DNA of 60,562 bases, filler included, from Hausera hauseri (Eukaryota): NCBI GenBank assembly GCA_046269625.1. It is 10 parts of 10 records of this genome, joined end to end, with 100 filler letters (N's around TTAATTAATTAA, not from the genome) between each part and the next. Parts side by side here need not be neighbours in the genome. Positions count along the whole stretch, not along the records: positions 1 to 5,768 come from JBJURY010192082.1; positions 5,869 to 10,189 come from JBJURY010636219.1; 8 more parts are not named here. The stretch is one strand, 5' to 3'. A model generated the notes under the pieces. It made no database searches. It saw nothing but the letters and a program-made list of their open reading frames with translations, and had not been told where the DNA came from. The position numbers and the translations under genes were made by a program. Position 1 is the first letter of the stretch. Each line of letters begins with the position of its first letter. Below are positions 1-10,289 of the stretch, piece by piece.

Positions 1-429
1 ATGATGAAGGTGTGGAAATAAAAAGAGGGAGATAGATGGAACCACAAAGAGCGGCAAGATGGAAGAGAGTAAGAAGAAGTTGGAAGGTGACATGCAAGAG
101 GTTGGAATGATGAAAGGCGTAGATGGAGAGATTTGTGAAGTAAAAGTGGAGATTGGTAGAGAAAGTCTCGTAGATGAGGAAGGCAGATTGTCACCAGAGG
201 ATAAGGAAGATGTTAAGAGGCTTGAAGGTGCAGAATCAATGGGAGAAAAGGGGATGAACTATCAGAAAAAGTTGAAGTAGAAAAATTGTGAGAAAGCATA
301 GGGAAAGTGGGTTAAAGTATTAAACAGAAATAAGGGGTAAATTTTTGGATTGCTGCGCGTCGTGTAAAGATGTTGGTGGAGAAATGGTCTTACTGGGGGA
401 CGTATCGTCAACGAAGAAGGCCGGTTTAG

Positions 430-1400
430 CGTTGTTGATGTGGATTGTGACTTCTTTGTCGTCCTTGAGGATAATGACTTTATGGGAGTGTAAACAAATT
501 ACTTTGTAAGGGCCAACCTACTGAGGTTGAAAACCCCACTGCGTCTGGTTCTTTAGCCATACAAACTTAGAAGTACATAAATGATCGAGTATGTAGAGTT
601 TATTACTGTGTAACAATCTACAAAATAAATGTTTTCTGATCGCAACAAAGTGTCTCTGTGCCACTTGTATGGTTTCGTCTGCAGGAATATAATTCAGCTC
701 AGCCAGCTCGAATAATGGTCTGGTAGGAGTGCCAAATAATTCTTCTGCAGTTAAATAGCCTGTAGAAGTAGTTGGTGTGTTTCGCCAACCATTCAAAACG
801 TACGGAAGGAGTGTGGTCCAACTGCGTTTGGACTCAGCAAGGATTTTTTAGAGACGTTTTCATCGTTCGGTAGAAGCGTTCGAGAAAGCCATTCGATTGA
901 GGATGATAGGATGATATGTGTATATGGTTAATTCCCACTCGATTGGCGACAGCTTTAAACAGGTTGGATTCAATCTCTAGGCTTTGGTCTGAGATGATGT
1001 GGCTAGGTGATCCAAACCTGCTGATTCAAGTGCGGATGAAAACATCTGCGATTGTTTATGTGTTGGTGGTCCAAAGCGAGACAGTCTCTGGCCATTGAGA
1101 AGCACGGTCCATCATAATGAGGATGAACTAATGGCCGTTGTCTATGGGTAGTTGGCCTACAAGGTAAGTGTGAACAGATTCAAAACGAGACCTGCGGTGA
1201 AAATGATATAGTGGTGGCTTTGAATACATAGTAACTTTGTATTTTTGGCAAGCCTAACCCATGCCTGCACGTCAGATCGCATCTACGGCCATACTACTTG
1301 GCGTTGTAAGAGTCGAAAAATGACCTTGGCACCGGGATTATGCAACAAGTGGATGCTGTTAAATTCTTCTTTTTGAAGCGATTCGGAAAGGATGGTTTTA
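430..1400 (-). pseudogene. Gypsy integrase (disrupted)
   Basis: Manual translation gives ILIMMDRASQWPE, ISRFGSPSHIISDQ, SYHPQSNGFLERF, GWRNTP and a GPY motif near 510. Confidence 0.88.
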
Positions 1401-1639
1401 AGTTCATTAGGTTTAAAGGTGTCATAGGCCACACCATCGACGGTTTTTCACAATTTATAAGATTTAAGGATGTCAGGAGGTGGCTGGTTTCTTCGATATT
1501 TGGACTGAGGGAAATTTGTGTAAAATCAATCGAGCAGAACGATGGGAACAAAATGTCAGCTACTAGATTGTCGACTTCGTTTAAGTGCTTAATTTCAAAA
1601 CTAAATGTGCATAAATACGATACTTTTCCTCTCCTGACG

Positions 1640-2820
1640 TGGAGAAGGCGATTTCATGGTGAGAATTTGAAGCAGGGGCTTGTGGTCTGTTTGTATTGTA
1701 AAAGTTCGGGCAGCTAGTAGATGTTTAAAGTGTTTTAAGGCAAGGACCATTGCAAGCAGCTCTTTATCAAAGGTGGTATATTTTTGCTCTTGTGCTGTGA
1801 ATTTTCAAGAAGAAAATTCTAATTGCTCATTAAATCCATTTTTAACTTGATGAAGGACAGCACCTCCAGCTGTTGTAGATGCATCCTTGGTTAAGAAGAA
1901 TTCTTCATGGGAGTTAAGATAGGCAAACATTTCCACGGTTTTTAGATTGTCTTTGAGGTTATCAAAAGCGTTGACTAGATCAGCGGTCCATTGAATAGGC
2001 TGTTTTTGATTTACAGAGCTGAGTGACGCAAATGAAACAACTAGGATGGAGTAGTGTGGAATATACTTATGAATAAAGTGCAAGGTTCCGAGGAAAGAAA
2101 GCATCTATGTTGATGTACGTGGTAGCTGTATGTTTTTTAGCTGCGTGATGCGCTTTGGCTGTTGTGAATGTCCGGAGGAGCTAATAACATGTCCGAGGAA
2201 GTTGACTTTATGTTGAATAAAGGAGCATTTGGAGAAATTAATTTGCAAATTGTTTTGGTGCAAACGTTGGAAGACTAAACAAAGGTGTTCGCAGTCTTCT
2301 TTCGACGAAGGTGATGCAATTAGGATATCATCTTTATAAGGGTAAGCAAAGCCTAAACCTGAGAGAATTGTATCAATATGCCTTTGAAAGATCTCAAAGG
2401 TGCTACTGAGTCCAAAATGCATGAAAAGGTACTCGAAAAGGTCGAAAGGTGTAATGACAGCCGTTTTCGGAATGTCTGTAGGGGTTACCGGAATTTGGTG
2501 GTATGCTTTGTGCAAATCAATGCAAGAAAAAATCGTAGAACCATGGATCCTGTGAAGGATGTCATAGATTAATGTCAGAGGGTAGGCATCCATTACTGTT
2601 ATAGTGCTCAGTTGGTGGTAATCACCGCATGGGCGAAAAGTACCATCTTTTTGGAACCACGTGTAGTGGTGAAGACCAAGTGGATTTGGATTTTCTGATT
2701 ATTCCTGATTTTTCCATTCGAGAAACTCAAACTCCACTGCCTGTCTGCGGCGAGACGACAGTGGGCGGATCTTTTGACATATTGGTCTTTGATATGCTGT
2801 TACTATGAGATGGAACGTGG
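1640..2820 (-). pseudogene. Gypsy reverse transcriptase + RNase H (disrupted)
   Basis: ORF 2105-2593 has DAYPL, FSCIDLHKAYHQIP, KTAVITPF and YKDD. ORF 1805-2104 has LTKDASTTAGGAVLHQ. DKELLAMV follows in another frame. Confidence 0.92.
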
Positions 2821-3199
2821 ATTTATGTGGTACGAATGATTTGTCCTTTTGGACAAAGGAATGCAAGAAGAAGAAACATATTTCTGTAAGTTAGAGGGCA
2901 AAAATGAAAAACTTTTAGATTGTGTCCATGCATCTTGACTGATTCAGTTGAAATATGAGTTGTAGACGAGGTGTTGTGACAAGGTGGTATTAGGTAGAGA
3001 ATGTTTGTGTTGAAGATAGTCTTGGCAGATGTACTATCAGTAATGTGTGCCACGCAGTTGGCAATATCATATTTGTCATCGTAATAAAAATTTCTAAATA
3101 ATGAGTGAGTATAAAAATAATTCAAATCAGGAGTCGGTTTTTTAAATATTGACTTTCTGGCAGCGGTTGCCCGCGCAGTCACCAAAATGCTGTTAATTT

Positions 3200-3569
3200 G
3201 GTTAATATTGTTTCCGTTCTTTAAGGAACATCGTTTGCAGTCCACAATTAAATTATAGTGGGACAAAAAGTCATAACCCAATATAGGTGTACGTACATTG
3301 AATACTGTGAATTTCCATGTGAATGTGTTTCGAAAATTTGGTAGGGTAAAAGTTAATTTAGTGACACCAAAAATTTGTAAAGATTCACCGGGCGTAGTGA
3401 ACAGTTGCTTGTTAGAAGTAAAACTGTTTTGGATGTGCTGTGTTGATGGTAGTAAAGAGATTGCTGCGTCTGTGTCTATGAGAAAATTAATGTTTTGCCT
3501 TGTTGGAGTGACGACTACCGCTTCCAGCATGAATACAGCACAAAAAATGTGTCGGCCAGTTTTTTGCAA
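3200..3569 (-). pseudogene. Gypsy aspartic protease (catalytic DTG changed to DTD)
   Basis: FLIDTDAAISLLP ... PILGYDFLSHYNLIVD in ORF 2823-3569. The sister copy at 42863-43588 keeps DTG. Confidence 0.88.
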
Positions 3570-3599
3570 ATTGTTGCCTTTACTAGAACTTACCGTGTG

Positions 3600-4160
3600 T
3601 CCTAGCAGCGAAGTCAGTTTTTTGTGGTTGGTGAGTTTGGCCTACTATTTTGTGAGTTTAATAGTGTTGGATTTGTTGTGTGTGTTGTAGTTACAACCAG
3701 GCAGGCATTTTTGTGTTTTGTTCCAAATTTTGCGCCATAGAAACAAACTATGTTATCTGTATTAAAATCGGGGAATAAAATTTACAACTGATGCAGCAAT
3801 TCTGATCATTGTTCCCAAATTTGCTGTGATAGTAGCAGATAGATGACTGCGCAGGCGAAGGCGACCGTCTTTGTCGTTGACGAAATACATCAGGGGAATA
3901 AGTCCTAGGGAACATCCGTAAAGGCAGAGTTAATTCGTTTAATTTCTCATTTGTATTATTAAATGTTTTTTGCAATATTTTGTTTTCTGTGCGTAATTGA
4001 GAAATTTGTTGCTGCAGCATTGCATTTTGTTGAGAGTGGTTTGTTGTTAATGCTGCGGAGACAGTTGGTGCTGTGTGTGAGTGCAGAACTTCATAGGCTT
4101 TTTCCGCCAGTTCGGCTAATTTTTCCAGTGCCGTAGATTCTTCGACTACAGTGAGCAAAA
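3600..4160 (-). pseudogene. Gypsy gag, C-terminal part
   Basis: LEKLAELAEK, a coiled-coil-like stretch and CYYHSKFGNNDQNC..SC, a Cys/His motif typical of this gag type. Confidence 0.8.
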
Positions 4161-4257
4161 AATAGAGATAAATAGTGTCGGTTTTATGCATGATTAAAAC
4201 AAGTTCTGTCCGAGGAATCACTGCTGTTAAGGAAACCGAGATCATGCTTGTTCTTCA

Positions 4258-4407
4258 TGTAGCACTTTTCATCACCCCACAACTGTTAAACAACACCCGG
4301 AGAAAAGGGAGGCGTTCTGTCTCGGACTTGCGCGCCGCCCGGAGAACAACAAACCCCCGATCTCGTCCGGCCAGACGGGCCAGGGGGCAAACCATGTGGG
4401 TGCCACA
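4258..4407 (-). repeat. Short (~150 bp) GC-rich LTR preceded by a polypurine tract
   Basis: Minus strand reads GGGGGATGA then TGTGGCAC...GTGCTACA (8-bp terminal inverted repeat, one mismatch). It has a similar start to the LTRs at 20256 and 47387. Confidence 0.7.
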
Positions 4408-5280
4408 TCATCCCCCGTGGCTGAGTTGAAGAACTTTAAAGCACGACGAAGGGAGAAGCAGAAGCGCGAAAGGATGAAGGTATATTTAAAAGTGGACTGT
4501 TTCAAGGCGTTCAGTTCCTTTTTGGTATTTTACTCTGCAATATTTGTTGAATCTTATGGTTTTGCTTGCTCATATACGTGGTTTGTTTGTTTTCAGCTGA
4601 TTTTGGTGTAAAATCTTTGTTGGTTTTGGGATTGTGTTGGGTGAAGGTCGAAGTGAAGAAGTAAAAGGTGTCAAAGGAGGATGAGATGAAGGATGAGAGG
4701 GACTAGAGTTTGAAAGAGGCGGAAGTTGCGAAGTGGAAATGAGAGGAGTAAAAGATGGTGTGTTAGGAAAAATGGGGAAAGAAAGCACCGAATATGATGA
4801 AGGTGTGGAAATAAAAAGAGGGAGATAGAGGGAACCACAAAGANNNNNNNNNNATGGTGTGTTAGGAAGAAGGAAGAAAGAGGGTGCCGGAAATGACGAA
4901 GGTGTGTAAGGAGAAAGAGGGCTACAGAGAGGGGACGCTGAAGAGGAGCAAGACTAAAGAGAGTAAGAAGATGAAGAAGGTGAAGGAGATTGGTAAAGTA
5001 GAGGTAGTGATTGGGAACGAATGTCTCGTAGGTGATGGAAGCAGGTTGGCACCAGGGGACGAAGGCTATATTAAGAGGCTTGAAAGTGGAGAATCGGACG
5101 GAGTAAAGGGGATGAACTGTAAAAAAGTTTAAGTACAATGATTAAAAGAAAACGTAGGGGAAAGTGGATTAAAGAATTGAACAGAAATAGGGGGTGTATT
5201 TTTAGATTGCTGCGCGTCGCGAAAAGATGTTGGTGGAGAAATGGTCTCGATGGGAGATGTATCGTCAACGAAGAAGGCCA
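4408..5280 (-). mobile_element. 3' end (post-integrase Pro/Ser/Thr-rich region) of further copies of the same Gypsy family, spanning a 10-N gap
   Basis: 4794-4843 matches 1-50 with one mismatch. ~4900-5280 aligns with 1-423. Confidence 0.85.
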
Positions 5281-5299
5281 GAGAACAAACCATTTGGGT

Positions 5300-5515
5300 T
5301 CCATGCTAACACAATTTGATGAGATGAAATTCATAATTAAAAGTAGAATGTTGGATTGGTACTTAGATAATGGAATAATTTTAGAAAAAGTTTATCGAAA
5401 ATTAGTTTATAAAAAATCAAATTGGTTAAAACCATATATAGATTTTAATATTGAAAAACGAACTTAAGCAAAAGAAAATGGTGATAAATTTAGTGATAAT
5501 TTCTTTAAGTTATTA
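5300..5515 (+). pseudogene. Polinton/Maverick protein-primed DNA polymerase B fragment
   Basis: WYLDNGIILEKVYRKLVYKKSNWLKPYIDFNIEKRT*AKENGDKFSDNFFKLL is the segment leading into the KLxxNS motif of pPolB. Confidence 0.8.
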
Positions 5516-5768
5516 GGCACATTTTTGCACATTTCACAAATCGATAGCTGCACATTGAACAATTAATCGAATTTATAGGGACAGTGCTAGTCTAATGTGC
5601 ATATCAAGGCGCATCTTGATATGCACTGTGCAGGTGCGCAAAATTGTGCGAGAGTGGAAGAATTAATAATATCCATTTTCCGATAGTTCCCATATTGGTG
5701 ATTGGCACATGGCACCGGGTGCAATCCATTGAAAATACAGTGCATTATGTGAATGTGTAAATTAGAAT
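5515..5768 (-). repeat. Dispersed ~255-bp repeat, inverted copy of the unit at 15070-15325 / 15500-15760
   Basis: The reverse complement aligns by eye (attcta...cacattcat ... tgcacccgg ... aaaatgtgcc). Confidence 0.75.
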
Positions 5769-5868
5769 NNNNNNNNNNNNNNNNNNNNNNNNNNNNNNNN
5801 NNNNNNNNNNNNTTAATTAATTAANNNNNNNNNNNNNNNNNNNNNNNNNNNNNNNNNNNNNNNNNNNN
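5769..5868. other. Artificial contig spacer
   Basis: 44N-TTAATTAATTAA-44N, with stops in all six frames. Confidence 0.98.
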
Positions 5869-5949
5869 ACACTTCAGTTCTAGGTGGAATACCATCGTCC
5901 GCTGTGATCCATACTTTTCCGAATTGCCCATCTTTGGTGGTTCTAACCC

Positions 5950-6330
5950 CTTTTATCGGATCAAGTTCTATTAATTTGCCTGCATGAAAGTCTATTGTTA
6001 CATTCGATAATTATCTCAACAGATCGCATTCTAATATTGCATCATCTTTTAACTGTTCCATTACTGAGAATTCATAATGGAAAGATTGTCCCATTATGTG
6101 AATTTCAGGGTTCCATCGATATTCACTTTTTGATTACTGTCCGAAGACTCCAACTTCCTGGCTCTGTTATTGGAGGTGGATACAATTGTTTCCATAGAAA
6201 TTGAGATATCGAATCATGTTTTATCAATGATATCTCCGATCCTGTGTCTATCAGTGCATAAACCTCCCAATATTCTAACTCAATTTAGGCGAATTGTCTA
6301 CCTTCGATTACCGTACCGTAGCAATGTGGT
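5950..6330 (-). pseudogene. Retropepsin-type aspartic protease (not in the ORF track)
   Basis: Manual translation gives GRQFA*IELEYWEVYALIDTGSEISLIK (DTG at 6240-6248), then after a frameshift FSVMEQLKDDAILECDLLR*LSNVTIDF (ILGxDxL-like motif). Confidence 0.85.
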
Positions 6331-6749
6331 GCTATTTTTGGATGTCGAATCGTTGACGCCTTATAGCCGTTAATTTTAAGTTCTGTGGTGGCAACTGGTT
6401 GGTTGATTAACTATTTTAGTTCTTTATTCGGGTACAGTTCATTGTTCGCACGATTGACGGTTTCTACTTCCTTATTTCTAACGGATGTCTGCAGTTCTTG
6501 ATTTCCAAAGGTCTGTAATTCTTCGTCTCTCGCAGATGTTGATTATATTTCATTTGTTCTAGGTACTCTAGGTAAATAAAGTATTCCATAATCGTTCATC
6601 GCTGAGTATCGATATGGCGCTTATGTTCTTTTTGTTTCTTGTACCTTACGTAATACACCGTAGTGTTTTGTTCCTTCATAGGGGTCCTCGAGGCTAAATG
6701 GTTTTATATAGATATTCGTTTGGTATGAGCTCTTTGTGTCTTAATATTT

Positions 6750-8670
6750 ATTTATTTATGTTTGTAATTAAATGCGTTTCTTTTCCGATTATGATAGCCA
6801 ACATGTCGTTCGACATCTGCTTTCCATTTGCTTTCTTTGTAAGCCTTTAGGAATTTTCCGAATGGGTGATAATAGCCGTTAAAATCTTACACATTGAATC
6901 CTGTCAGAGTGAATATCTCATATCCGTTAATAATCGCTTGAATTATTGCCTTAACCAATTGAATTAAGAAATAGATTGCTAGGAATCCTGATGTGGCTTG
7001 TTTAAACATTAAAAATCTTCCAGAATTTTATATAATATTTCAGTGGTCACTGATAGTAGTTAACACCAATTAATGATTCCCTTTTTCTTGATAACGCGAA
7101 TCGTCTAGTATCGTATGCATAGCTCGGTTTAGTTCATGCGTGCACTGACGTGGAAAAGCGAGACATTGTCTAAACGCCTCCACTACTCTTGGTCGGTAAA
7201 TGCCCTCTGCTCCAGCATCTTGAAACTTATCACCAGTTATCAACTTTATTAAGTTCGTTCCAGTTAACTTGATGGACTGCGTGATTATACCACCGTTTGG
7301 TAAACTTAACCAGTCGGTTTCGCTACGTCTAAACATAGATTCTCTTAAACTTGTCTTAAAATCTTTCATAATTGTCAGTTGAGTGGAGTTTGTCAGAAAT
7401 ACTCTAGTAATCGGTGTCACTAATCTCGGCATGTCCTGATATATTACCGGCAGTTATTGTATGCATCTCTTTTCTTCCACGTTAATGAGTACATCTTTTT
7501 TTCGCATCCATAGGTCAGTAGGACTTCTCCGGTCGCTCGACCAAAAATGCCTTCTTCCACCGGAATTATTGGTGATGCTAGCTCGGGGTTGGCATATATT
7601 AAAGCCAATTTGATTCTCATGACTTCCAAGTCTAACTTACAGTCATTCGTTATGATTTTGTGGAATACGTCGGCTATTCCGGCTTGTCCTTTATAATAGA
7701 AATAATCATCTCTATTTTTCAAATAATTCTCATTTCGAATATCTTGAGTCTCAAGCTTGAACATTTTGGTATTTATGTCGGTCTCAGCTACAAATAATGC
7801 TTCATAATTAGTGGCATACATTACTACATCTCATCTGGTGAGTACGTCTATCTTCACGAATTTTAATCCATAAGTATCGGAAATTAATATGGTAGGTGTA
7901 GGCTGTTCAGCTACATCTTCTCGCGTTTTCGAGTTGACATTTATACTACTTCCATAACGTTTTCCTGTCATTTCGCTAAACTAAAATTCTTTAATTTTGA
8001 TAAAATTGCAATCGGTCTTGGCTGGATGTTCCCAAATTACTACGGAACTTCTAAAAGCACAAGTGCCGTCTTAAATGTGGCACTTTTGGTTTTCCGTGTA
8101 GAGTTTAGTAACGCTATGAAACATCACTTTTTGTGCTCGCATCTCGGTTTCATAAAAATCCGCAATTACTATATTCGATTCTATTCCTTTACCGGTATCG
8201 TATTCCGCACCGATACAATGTCCGGTATGCATACCTAGTTTTCCTGGTGCTACCTTCAATGCTCTGATTATTTTCCCTTGCCGAATTTCCAATTCCATAA
8301 CATCTCACTGTAATCTGTTTCTCTGGCTTGTTTACAATTCTGGCGCTCCAAATTCATCGGAATTGGTGGGGTCGTTGGTTTAATTATTGATGAGTGTCAG
8401 TGTATAAGTCCACAATGGAAGACACTTCGAGATCTTTGCAATATACACTTGATGCCATCTAACGGGACTAGTTCTCGTTGTTGGTACAATATGTAGTTTT
8501 TCTCATTCGTCTCTAGTTTATACGGTTGTGCACTTTCGCGTATTTCCAAATCCATCATTGAGTTTTTCTGGCCAAGTTTAAACTTGTCGCAGTCGTATAT
8601 TATAACAGCTCCTATTTGCCTTATTAACATCATCACCGTTAAAGTTAATTAGCCAGTTCGATTCGTTCCC
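6750..8670 (-). pseudogene. Chuvirus-like (Jingchuvirales G-type) envelope glycoprotein, fragmented
   Basis: Collinear motifs: signal-like LTLTVMMLIRQIGA, then VIIYDC, KCILQRSRSVFHCGLIH, GHCIGAEYDTGKG, GEVLLTYGC, LVTPITRVF and GIY. The membrane anchor ATSGFLAIYFLIQLVKAIIQAIINGYEI is at ~6915-7000. Confidence 0.85.
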
Positions 8671-8699
8671 TTAAGTATTTCCGGTTATGTTTCGTACCA

Positions 8700-9700
8700 T
8701 GTCCTCATGTTGGCTGACTCTCGAGTTGATTTACGATTGTTCTTCTTCAACAACCAACACATAAAACGATGTTAAAAGAACCAGCCGTGGCTAAGAGATC
8801 GTGAAGGGTTGGGTCTTATGGCGGTCCAACAACTGAATGTGGTCTGCGCTCGGGAGGTCGACGGATTTAGATAATGTCCTGTTGGAAGTAAAATGGTTGA
8901 TCAGTTTCATTACTACCGTAAGACGACCGGATAATATCGTTTCTATTAATAAGAGCAAAATTGTAGAATCACTAGATTGTTGGAATAGACGGAGCTATTT
9001 AGCGACTCACAATTTACATAAGGTTCAGCCCTTAACCTAATGTCCTGATCAACGGGAGATATCACATCTGTCGGTTTCACCCGAACGAGACATTGACCTT
9101 ATTCATCTCGTAAGAAATTTCTGAATGATGATTTGAGTATATACCGCCAAATTGGGCGCAATTCACTCGATAAGTAGAGAAATAACATGGTTACTTGATA
9201 GAAATTGATATATTTATAAATAGGTCATTAATTTAAACGTTATGCATGAGTCATTAAATCAGTTGTTGTGTAAGGAAGACAATATGTCCTCTTCATCCAT
9301 TCATCCATAAATTCTCCTAGGATTCATGATTTATTTGGACATATTAAGGAAAAGTTAGCGTAAGTGCAATAGTCGTATAGAAATTAGAGTCATGCAATTC
9401 GGTTTATACTCTGACAATTCAGATTTCTCGTCGACGGTTGTGTCAAGATAAGGCATCAACAGTCGATAGTTGTTCATCAGAATTGGTGTCAGTGGGATCA
9501 CCCAACACAGCTTCTGCATTCACATTCAAACTTATACCATCGTCAGACTCCATTATCCGATTAAAGTCCGGTCAGTAGGCTGACATCTCAGCAAAAGGGA
9601 AATCCTATCAATCTACCAATTGTCAGATATCACCAGCGTCTCGGTTTGTCTACATATAATGATTTTTAGCCGGGAATTTATCCTCTTGTCATGTCGTCCA
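8700..9700 (-). pseudogene. Probable gag remnant
   Basis: LKSSFRNFLRDE*GQCLVRVKPTDVISPVDQDIRLRAE (~9020-9140) resembles the capsid CTD pattern FxxGLxxExxxxLxxxxPxTLxxAVxxAxxxE. CVGC at 8750-8761 may start a decayed zinc knuckle. Confidence 0.5.
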
Positions 9701-10189
9701 GAATCTGTTTAAGCGGTGATTGCAGTGACGACTCGGGCTAGCACTATCGCACTGAATTGCTATCATTTTCTAACCTTGATTAGAGCGACATAATTCTGTA
9801 TTCGAACACAGGGCCTGTTATTGTCAAACATAATTCTAAATTCACAATTCGTCTTTCAACTTATAGTCAACAAGAACGAATCATAGAATTCATTTCATTT
9901 CGTTAAACCAATTTTATTACAAAATCCTTATATAATTTAGTAAGCGGTAGTAAACGTATCATATTTATAACTAATTATTCCGTAGTCGATCACAGTATTT
10001 ATCGTTTGATTTTTTATTAGATAATCCAACTACTAACTCACCATTATACTCTTCCTTGCTGATCCGATACCGATTCTTCTGATCGGTTCATATTGATCCT
10101 GACAGAATAAAAGTTGGATGCTCCTATCGATGGTAGTAAACAGATGTGATGATCATGATACCTTGGAATCACTTATGATTAATGTTGTG

Positions 10190-10289
10190 NNNNNNNNNNN
10201 NNNNNNNNNNNNNNNNNNNNNNNNNNNNNNNNNTTAATTAATTAANNNNNNNNNNNNNNNNNNNNNNNNNNNNNNNNNNNNNNNNNNNN
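10190..10289. other. Artificial contig spacer
   Basis: 44N-TTAATTAATTAA-44N. Confidence 0.98.

Larger units (their letters stand above)
1..4160 (-). mobile_element. Degenerate Ty3/Gypsy LTR retrotransposon (short-LTR family, copy 1; 5' part of gag missing)
   Basis: Minus-strand domain order gag-PR-RT-RNase H-IN with many stops and frameshifts. Clearly homologous to 42097-44220. Confidence 0.93.
5869..9700 (-). mobile_element. Decayed LTR retroelement with gag - glycoprotein - protease order
   Basis: Three co-oriented minus-strand remnants on one contig; see the component features. Confidence 0.72.

Noticed and set aside
59-280. Glu/Lys-rich plus-strand ORFs (also 4884-5132)
   Set aside because: They are antisense shadows of the pyrimidine-rich Gypsy tail.
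3298-3690. Similar plus-strand ORFs at 3298-3690 and 43350-43688, suggesting a conserved antisense gene
   Set aside because: Both lie opposite the protease of sister elements, so the similarity follows from sense-strand conservation.
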